The translations under genes were made by a program, and so were the position numbers. Positions 38,529 through 45,467 of a stretch of 56,188 nt of DNA are shown here, piece after piece (position 1 is the first letter of the stretch; each line of letters starts with the position of its first letter). This DNA is from an uncultured Desulfovibrionaceae bacterium (GTDB lineage: Bacteria; Desulfobacterota; Desulfovibrionia; Desulfovibrionales; Desulfovibrionaceae), in assembly GCA_964371565.1 (NCBI GenBank), contig CAYJND010000001.1, forward strand, positions 1 through 56,188. Direction: 5' to 3'. Below the pieces are notes generated by a model. It was not told the origin of the DNA, did no database searches, and worked only from the letters and a program-made list of their open reading frames with translations.

Positions 38529-39537
38529 CTCTATATACCTCTACAGAGTGATTATTAATATATTGTTGCGCCAAATACACGGTACCCTTGGCATAGCCAT
38601 CAATATGCTCTTCTGCCGTGGGGGTATCGTCATGGCTCGTAAGCCAAGCCACCAAAAGCACACGACGTAAAAAGATAAAGGTCTCCATTTCGTCATAGTC
38701 TTCTTGGCGTATGGGGGTTACAGAAGTGTACCCTTTTAGCCATGATGCTTGCAAAGCTGCAGCTTCTTTATGCAATTCATAAAAGGAAAGCGCCGCGGCA
38801 AAGTCATACATATACCAGCAAAAACCACTATCATCATAGTCAATAACAATAAGGTCATCGCCATCCATAAGCAGATTAGACAAACGTAAATCTGCATGAA
38901 TAAGGCCATAATTCTCGGGGGTATGATATTTTTCAAGCCTTTTTTTCACTATGTCCAAGGCATAAGAAATAGTTTGAATATCCTCTTGGCTTAGGTCTTT
39001 GCAGGTACGCCAATCCCCCCAATAACCGCTGGGGCTCACCATGGTTTCCACATTCCAATGCTTGCGCACAAAACCTTGTGGCGGTGTCCAAGTCTTGGCA
39101 TGTTTGTGCAACTCTGCCGTCACTTGGCCTAATTTTTCAAACCACGGTACCAAATTTTTACCAGCGCGCGGTTCAACACCTTGGCAATACTCAAATGCCA
39201 CCACTTGCAGCTCAATATCCGTAGAATTATAGATAAAATTAATGGGTACAAGGTTGGCGCCCGTGCAGGTTTCAAGCACCATGGGGCTTTTTACGGCGCA
39301 ACCACTGACCGCAATGGCCTTTACCCATTCAATCTCCGATTGCAACTCTTCTAAGCTATGATAAAAGGCTCTATTTACGCGAAAAATAACTATTTTACCA
39401 TCTTCATACACACCTTTGAATGTAGCATTTTCTGATACCGTAAGCAGGGAAAGTTCGTGTAATGGCTCCGTATGCCATAAGGGGGCAACTTCTAACAAGG
39501 CCTTGTGCATGCAATGGATAAATTTCTCTGTATACAT
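38518..39537 (-). CDS. APH-fold (aminoglycoside phosphotransferase / choline-ethanolamine / hydroxylysine kinase-like) small-molecule kinase
   Basis: 339 aa. Catalytic loop LIHADLRLSNLLMDGDD followed by VIDYDDSGFCWYMYDFA (Brenner / APH motifs). Confidence 0.75.
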   Translation of the reverse strand: MYTEKFIHCMHKALLEVAPLWHTEPLHELSLLTVSENATFKGVYEDGKIVIFRVNRAFYHSLEELQSEIEWVKAIAVSGCAVKSPMVLETCTGANLVPINFIYNSTDIELQVVAFEYCQGVEPRAGKNLVPWFEKLGQVTAELHKHAKTWTPPQGFVRKHWNVETMVSPSGYWGDWRTCKDLSQEDIQTISYALDIVKKRLEKYHTPENYGLIHADLRLSNLLMDGDDLIVIDYDDSGFCWYMYDFAAALSFYELHKEAAALQASWLKGYTSVTPIRQEDYDEMETFIFLRRVLLVAWLTSHDDTPTAEEHIDGYAKGTVYLAQQYINNHSVEVYRDAV

Positions 39538-39570
39538 GATAATCTCCTTATTTTTTTATTATGTGTTTGC

Positions 39571-40959
39571 TTAAGCTTCTTCGCTGGCTAAAAAGAGCAT
39601 GGCGAATTCTTCTTCGGCAGATTGAGCCACCACATGGCTACGGCTGTAGGCAAAGTAATATAAAACAGCGCAGAGGAAGAGAATTACTGTGGCGTAAAAA
39701 GCTTTAGTATCAAAGGCGTATACACCAACCATAGCAATGAGAGACAAGACAAGTGAAAGACCAGAAGTGAACACGCCGCCCGGAGTACGATAAGGGCGAG
39801 CCAGCTCTGGTTGCTTGAAACGCAATACTATATGACTCAATGACATGAGCGCGTAGGACGCAGTAGCAGCCACCACAGCCATGCCAATGATGAAATCCCC
39901 CTTACCGGTCAAAGAAACTATAAAGCCTAAAATGCCGGGTAAAATAAGAGCACGCGCGGGAATTTTCTTTTCATTGGTGACCGAAAGAAATTGTGGTAAA
40001 TAGCCTGCTCTTGAAAGGGCAAAGACCAAACGGCTGTAACCATACACCACAGAGAAAAACGAAGCCACAAGCCCAGCCAAAGACAGCACGTTAATGGCGG
40101 TAGCCAGCTCAGGGCTATTGCTATACTTCAGGGCATCCACCAAGGGTACAGCGCTTTTGCTTATCATATCTGCGCCCACGGCACCGGAAAGGAAAAACAT
40201 CACTAAAGCAGCGGTAATCATAAGAAACACCATGGCTGCAATAATACCTTTGGGCACATCTTTAGCAGGATTTTTAGCTTCTTCAGCGGCTAAGGGCACG
40301 CCCTCAATGGCTAAGAAAAGCCACATGGCAAAAGGAAGCGCCGCCCATACACCTTCAAGACCAAAAGGTAAAAACTCACTGGCAGCCGTGCCTTGCGTCG
40401 CAGCCATATCAAAGAGGTTTGCCCATTGGAAATCATCCACGAGCCCCACAGAAGTTATAACAATGGCAAGCACAGCCACAGCGCTGATGCACAGCATGAG
40501 CTTTAAGGCTTCGCCAACGCCTGTGAGATGAATGCCAATAATAAGCAGATAAAAAGCGCCGTATACCAGCGGCCCATCTATGCCAAACAAAGAATTAATG
40601 GCGGCGCCGATAAAAATAACAATGGCCGATGAAGCCAAAATATATTCAATAAGCACTGCAATTCCTGTGATATATCCACAAAATTGCCCAATGGCTTGAC
40701 GCGCAAAGCTATAGCCACCGCCAGCGGTGGGAATGGCAGCAGACATTTCTGCCAAAGAAAAAACCAAGCTAAAATACATAATAGCCATGGCTATGGCCGC
40801 CACAAGAAAGCCGCCCCATCCAGCTTGAGCTATGCCAAAATTCCAACCGGAAAAATTTCCGGATATAACATACGACACACCTAAACCGGCCAAAAGTATC
40901 CAACCGGCTTTGCCCCTTTGCAATTGCCTGTTGGCAAGGTACTCTTTGTAGTCAACCAT
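39571..40959 (-). CDS. APC-family amino-alcohol permease, ethanolamine permease (Eat)-like
   Basis: About 462 aa from the ATG at 40959, with AAGGAG 6 nt upstream. 12 TM helices. The N-terminal signature is LGVSYVISGNFSGWNFGIAQAGWGG...AEMSAAIPTAGGGYSFARQA. Confidence 0.75.
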   Translation of the reverse strand: MVDYKEYLANRQLQRGKAGWILLAGLGVSYVISGNFSGWNFGIAQAGWGGFLVAAIAMAIMYFSLVFSLAEMSAAIPTAGGGYSFARQAIGQFCGYITGIAVLIEYILASSAIVIFIGAAINSLFGIDGPLVYGAFYLLIIGIHLTGVGEALKLMLCISAVAVLAIVITSVGLVDDFQWANLFDMAATQGTAASEFLPFGLEGVWAALPFAMWLFLAIEGVPLAAEEAKNPAKDVPKGIIAAMVFLMITAALVMFFLSGAVGADMISKSAVPLVDALKYSNSPELATAINVLSLAGLVASFFSVVYGYSRLVFALSRAGYLPQFLSVTNEKKIPARALILPGILGFIVSLTGKGDFIIGMAVVAATASYALMSLSHIVLRFKQPELARPYRTPGGVFTSGLSLVLSLIAMVGVYAFDTKAFYATVILFLCAVLYYFAYSRSHVVAQSAEEEFAMLFLASEEA

Positions 40960-41020
40960 AATAAACTCCTTTGTTGAGAATGACACATAACCTAAAGCAA
41001 CATGCATACCAACACTGAGC

Positions 41021-41061
41021 CATTGAAAAATGTTTATATTTTCAATGTATTACAGTTTCAA
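41021..41061 (-). promoter_or_regulatory. Promoter candidate with an overlapping palindromic operator, for the permease-kinase-lyase operon
   Basis: On the minus strand: TTGAAA (41061-41056), 17 nt, TATAAA (41038-41033). A perfect 9-bp inverted repeat CATTGAAAA-N9-TTTTCAATG (41021-41047) covers the -10 and the spacer. Confidence 0.35.
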
Positions 41062-41452
41062 ACAAAGAGATAAATCTACATTTTTGTAAAAACTTCTTTT
41101 ATAAAAAGCCTTTTTTATTTGAAAATAATAATCAAAAATAAAACCTATTTCCCTGCATTTCAAAATAATTAGCGCACAAAAAAAGCCCTTTCCCCTACAG
41201 AAAAGAGCTTTCTACCACCAAGGCACTTTGATGTATTTCATACATTTTTTGTATAATTGCGTCTTTTTTGGGGTTTTTACCGCATTTATAAAAAATTTTG
41301 TCGTGAATTCCTAGAATGAACACCTTAACATAATACGTATTTTTATGGCATTTGCTTTTACATACTCTTCATAACATCATGTAATATAATGCCCTGATAC
41401 CATAGAATATTATATCTTCCTGCTCTGGGCATACAAGCTATCGCATAGGGAA

Positions 41453-41566
41453 TAAGATTTGAAAGCAAAGCCATTTACAAGCCCAAGAACAGAGTGCATA
41501 AACCTTTTCTTTTACCAAAAAAGAGCTTATACTTTTTTTCACTTACCCGAGGGAGGAAAGCATGCT
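41453..41566 (+). repeat. Direct repeat copy B (relic of the flippase-gene 3' end plus the functional leader/RBS/ATG of the next gene)
   Basis: 41463-41501 still reads KQSHLQAQEQSA-stop, in register with the real C-terminus KQSHLQAQKQNT-stop at 36896-36934. It contains an insertion of about 28 nt relative to copy A. Confidence 0.85.
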
Positions 41567-43424
41567 CGATTATTGCGCCATACTCAAAGCTGCCACCGTG
41601 CCCGAACATTCTGTGCACTTTATGCATGCCGTTTCAGGGGGAAAGCCCTTTATACAAGATGGCTATCTGTGCTTTAGCGCTGATGACTGGCTGACCATCA
41701 TCGGGTACCCTCTGCAGGATGCGCACCTAGGCGCCCCGCAGCACTGCCCTGATTTTTTTTCTGAAGTAGTGCATAAAGCCCTGCAAAAAACTGACGCCGC
41801 CCAGTGCTTTGTCATAACAGAGCGCATGCCCCAAGATTTGCAAACGCACATTCAAGAAAAGGATGTGTTTTACACCTTAGACGCGCATGCCCCCATCCCC
41901 CCAAAGCTACGGCGCCCCGTACAAAAAGCTAAAGAAAAACTACGTATAGACAGGGGAAACATTTTTACACCAGAGCATCGTCGACTGTGGACAGAATTTT
42001 TACATCGCGGCGCTAGAGAAGATACACAACCTATGCCCCCCATGTCCCCCATGGTAAAGAAATTATTTTTAGCCACACCCGCTGTACTGCAAGCCCCAAA
42101 CACAGAGCTTTGTTTGCTTAATGCCTGGAATACAGAGGGACATTTAACCGCAACCTTACTTATAGACACAGCACCTACACATTTTTGTTCCTATCTTTTA
42201 GGTGCGCATTCACGCAAACATTATGTACCCCATGCCGCTGACGCCCTGTTTGCCGAAATGCTTAGCCTAGCCCAAGAGCAAAATAAAAAATATATTCATT
42301 TAGGCCTTGGGGTGCATGAGGGCATTAGCCGCTTTAAGCGCAAATGGGGCGGCAAACCGAGCCTTGATTATGAAATGGCAACTTGGGACACTACGCAGAG
42401 TATAAGCACGCAAAGTAGCGTTAACTCAAGCTTTGGGCAAGACATGCGCGATCTTTTTAGCGCCCTTATTCTGCCCCCCGCTGAGCGTAAAGAAAAAACA
42501 AAAGATGCAGACCAAAAGTCGGAAGATATGAGCGCCTTTTTAGGCAAATCCAAACGTCAAATACTGGCTTCACTGCCCGAACAGCGCCCCCATGCCATGC
42601 TTTGGAAGGTACAAAAAGGCGATAAAATATCTTGGATTGGCGGTTCGGCACACTTTTTTTGTTATTCTTTTGAGCAATCTTTTCGTAAGCTCTTTGAGCA
42701 AGTAGACTCGGTACTTTTTGAAGGCCCCCTCGATGGCGAAGCCTTGCGCGTGGTTGAGGCTGCTGGCAAAACCCTTACCCCAGAGCAGCAGCCCTTATTA
42801 CCTTTATTGCAAGAAGAAGAAATTCGCCGCCTAGAGCGTGTGGTGCGCGGCCCAGAGGGAGCGCTGGCGCGTTTGCTTAATATGCACGCCAAAAAGCCCA
42901 CAGACGTGCGTTGGTATTTAGCCCATGCCCGCCCTTGGGCTGCCCTTTTTACCCTTTGGACGGGTTTTTTGGAGCGCAAAGGCTGGCAGCAATCGGTGGA
43001 TTTAGAGGCTTGGAATTTAGCCCATAATATGGGCAAGCAAGTGGTAGCCATGGAAAGCCTAGAAGAACAATTGGCCTCGCTCAATGCCGTGCAACCAGAG
43101 CGTGTGGTGCGCTATTTTCAAAATTGTCACCTTTGGAAAACTAAAATGCGTAAAAATGTGCAAGCCTACTTACGCGGTGACCTTTTGGGACAAATGGGAA
43201 CCAGTGCAGAGTTTCCCACGCGCACCCATACTATTATTAATGTTCGCGATGAGCGCTTTCGCCGGCGTATGCGCCCCTTTTTAGAGCAAGGGCGAGCTGC
43301 TGTTTTTGTGGGCACAGCGCATATGCTTAATTTACGCACCATGCTGGCAGAAGATGGCTTTAGCCTTACGCAAGCGCAACCCACCCTCAGCCATAAAATT
43401 CGCCATTGGTTTGCCCATGAATAG
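41562..43424 (+). CDS. Fusion protein: FemAB/MprF-C-like GNAT-fold transferase domain plus TraB/GumN (Tiki-like) domain
   Basis: 620 aa, with GGAGG 6 nt upstream of the ATG. The N-terminal part of about 290 aa ends in IHLGLGVHEGISRFKRKWGGKPSLDY (the FemAB-type G-x-x-x-FK-x-K-W/F-G motif). The C-terminal half has the two TraB/GumN GxxH motifs (WIGGSAHFF, VFVGTAHMLN) and LFEGPLD. Confidence 0.6.
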   Translation: MLDYCAILKAATVPEHSVHFMHAVSGGKPFIQDGYLCFSADDWLTIIGYPLQDAHLGAPQHCPDFFSEVVHKALQKTDAAQCFVITERMPQDLQTHIQEKDVFYTLDAHAPIPPKLRRPVQKAKEKLRIDRGNIFTPEHRRLWTEFLHRGAREDTQPMPPMSPMVKKLFLATPAVLQAPNTELCLLNAWNTEGHLTATLLIDTAPTHFCSYLLGAHSRKHYVPHAADALFAEMLSLAQEQNKKYIHLGLGVHEGISRFKRKWGGKPSLDYEMATWDTTQSISTQSSVNSSFGQDMRDLFSALILPPAERKEKTKDADQKSEDMSAFLGKSKRQILASLPEQRPHAMLWKVQKGDKISWIGGSAHFFCYSFEQSFRKLFEQVDSVLFEGPLDGEALRVVEAAGKTLTPEQQPLLPLLQEEEIRRLERVVRGPEGALARLLNMHAKKPTDVRWYLAHARPWAALFTLWTGFLERKGWQQSVDLEAWNLAHNMGKQVVAMESLEEQLASLNAVQPERVVRYFQNCHLWKTKMRKNVQAYLRGDLLGQMGTSAEFPTRTHTIINVRDERFRRRMRPFLEQGRAAVFVGTAHMLNLRTMLAEDGFSLTQAQPTLSHKIRHWFAHE

Positions 43425-44373
43425 CACTTCCACGCCCCTTGAACACATAAGCTTACAGGCCTATACCCCAGACCAAATCTTGCCCTATGTGCATGCTGTA
43501 AGCTCGGTAAAAACCACCCTTGAACAAGATTTTCTAGTGCACACACACGGCTCTCATGCCATAGTGGTGGGTTATGCCCTAGGTGCTGACCTAGCTACTT
43601 ATATGCAAGCTAACGAGCAATCTTCCCAACCCACCCAATTATACAATCATAAATTAGAAAAACTTTTGCAAAATCTCAACCAGCAAGAACACCTTGAGCG
43701 TATTACCCTTTTAGCCGCACAAAAATCCGCCCTTGTGCCAAGTAACGCCCTTTGTCAGCAAGATGCCTATTACTTTTTAGCCTTACCCCTTGTCAAAGCT
43801 CAAGCCCGCAACGCTTTTTCCATGTGCCGGCGCGCTTTACCCCATATACAACTCACTCAAGATACAGGAAAAGAAGCTTGGACGGGCGCGCATCAAGAGC
43901 TTATGCTTAGCTATTTACAACGCCAAGATGTAAGCAAAGAAATGGGAAGTATTTTTCAGCGCTTAGATGCCTATTGCCGCCTATCGCCGCATGTTGTTCT
44001 TTTTTCTGCCTATGATACACACACAGGGGCGCTCATGGGCATGACCTTGGGGGATTTTAGCTCTCTACATACAGCTTTTTATATGTTTGCTTTTCGCCAC
44101 CCCCATGCTGAACCCGGCGTTAGTGAAGCGCTTTTAGGCGCCTTGGTGCAAGAGGCCGAAGCCCGCGGTTATGCTTGGTGCAATTTAGGATTAGGCATAC
44201 ATGATGGCATACGCTTTTTTAAAGAAAAATGGGGCGCACGACCACTCTTGTCCATGGTAGAATGTAGCTGGGATTTACAAGCACAAACGCCCGAGCACAA
44301 GCACGGGCACAAGCACGGACACATACAGGCAAGCGATACAAAAAAATCGTGGTGGCAAAAACTTTGGGAATAA
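43417..44373 (+). CDS. Stand-alone paralogue of the FemAB-like domain, with a His/Lys-rich Trp-containing tail
   Basis: 318 aa. Its ATG overlaps the upstream stop (ATGAATAG). It aligns with the upstream protein at HAVS, VVGYAL / IIGYPL and CNLGLGIHDGIRFFKEKWGARP. The tail is EHKHGHKHGHIQASDTKKSWWQKLWE. Confidence 0.6.
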   Translation: MNSTSTPLEHISLQAYTPDQILPYVHAVSSVKTTLEQDFLVHTHGSHAIVVGYALGADLATYMQANEQSSQPTQLYNHKLEKLLQNLNQQEHLERITLLAAQKSALVPSNALCQQDAYYFLALPLVKAQARNAFSMCRRALPHIQLTQDTGKEAWTGAHQELMLSYLQRQDVSKEMGSIFQRLDAYCRLSPHVVLFSAYDTHTGALMGMTLGDFSSLHTAFYMFAFRHPHAEPGVSEALLGALVQEAEARGYAWCNLGLGIHDGIRFFKEKWGARPLLSMVECSWDLQAQTPEHKHGHKHGHIQASDTKKSWWQKLWE

Positions 44374-44378
44374 AAAGC

Positions 44379-45467
44379 ATGAATACAGACTTTCCTCTCA
44401 AGCTAGCTCAAACGCAAGGCGTAGATGTGTTTAAGCACAAAGCCTTTCAAGAGGCCGGCGTATGGCAACTTATTAAAGAATTGGTGCGCCCCGCACAACG
44501 CCCCTTTGACTGTCTTCAAGTGGAGATCACCTCACACTGCGCCGCCCGTTGCAGCTATTGCCCCCACACTACCCATGGAGAACATTGGCAAGGACAACAT
44601 ATGCAAGCGACTACCTTTGCAAATCTGTGGCCTCTTTTGCTGCAAAGCGCGCGCGTGCATTTACAAGGATGGGGCGAGCCCCTCTTGCATCCCCACTTTT
44701 TTGATTTTGTGGCCTTTGCCCGCAAAGCTGGCTGCCAAGTGTCTACCACCTCTTGCGGTTTACACCTAAGCGAGGCGCAAGTTTTGCGTATTTTAGACAG
44801 CGGCATAGATATATTTGCCTTTTCTCTAGCAGGCACTGATGCTGATACTAATAGCGCTCGCCAAGGGGCAGATTTTCATAAAGTCTGTGAAAAAATAGAG
44901 CTTTTGCAAAGCTTGCGCAAAAAGCATTGGGCTGTGCACCTAGATGTGCATGTGGCGTATATTCTTTTAGCTGATCGCATGGAAGCCGTGCTTGCTTTAC
45001 CTAAGCTTATGCAAAAGCTTCAGCTAAGCACCGCCATTGTGAGCACTTTAGATTATGTGCCAGAGCCTCATTTGCAAGCACTGGCGCTGCGCCCCGAAGA
45101 AGACATAAAAATTGCCCGCGCCAAAAAACTCTTACAAGAGGCTAGCGCTCATGCAAAAAGTCTTGGTATGGATATACATTATGCGTTGCCAAGCGTAAAC
45201 ACCAAGGGAACCTGCCGCGAAAATATCCAAAAAAGTTTATATATTAACGCCGCCGGTTTTTGTTCGCCTTGCGTATATCTAAATATACCTTCTTTACAAG
45301 AAGGCAGTCGTAAAGCAGGGGCTCTCTTTGGCAATGTGAATGAGCAACACCCCTTAAATATTTGGCAAAGCACAGATTTTACCCATTTTCGTCAAAGCCA
45401 TGCGGCCAATACGCCTACACATGCTCTTTGCCATAGCTGTATTAAGCGCCACGAAGATAGCTGTTAG
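44379..45467 (+). CDS. Radical SAM enzyme with a SPASM/twitch-like C-terminal Cys domain
   Basis: CAARCSYC (CX3CX2C), GWGEPLL (the GGE-type SAM motif), and C-terminal CX13GX4C (CRENIQKSLYINAAGFCSPC) plus CX2CX7C (CHSCIKRHEDSC). A GTG at 44349 is an alternative start. Confidence 0.75.
   Translation: MNTDFPLKLAQTQGVDVFKHKAFQEAGVWQLIKELVRPAQRPFDCLQVEITSHCAARCSYCPHTTHGEHWQGQHMQATTFANLWPLLLQSARVHLQGWGEPLLHPHFFDFVAFARKAGCQVSTTSCGLHLSEAQVLRILDSGIDIFAFSLAGTDADTNSARQGADFHKVCEKIELLQSLRKKHWAVHLDVHVAYILLADRMEAVLALPKLMQKLQLSTAIVSTLDYVPEPHLQALALRPEEDIKIARAKKLLQEASAHAKSLGMDIHYALPSVNTKGTCRENIQKSLYINAAGFCSPCVYLNIPSLQEGSRKAGALFGNVNEQHPLNIWQSTDFTHFRQSHAANTPTHALCHSCIKRHEDSC

Noticed and set aside
40094-40531. 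Antisense or alternative-frame ORFs inside well-supported genes, e.g. 40094-40531, 30040-30423, 30886-31344, 42662-43084, 4924-5364 and 53361-53765.
   Set aside because: They lie opposite or out of frame to genes with strong family motifs. They are rich in Ser/Arg/Pro/Ala, as expected for wrong-frame translation, and lack RBSs.
36888-41566. The two related segments as a DGR template/variable repeat pair or as IS/integron ends.
   Set aside because: The window contains no reverse transcriptase, transposase or integrase. The substitutions are mixed transitions rather than adenine-specific. The repeats are direct copies of a gene end plus leader, not inverted terminal repeats.
41459-41677. A 72-aa ORF (TTG start) spanning repeat copy B and the start of the 620-aa gene.
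   Set aside because: It overlaps the well-supported ATG at 41562 in another frame, has a TTG start without an RBS, and is the translation of a relic sequence.
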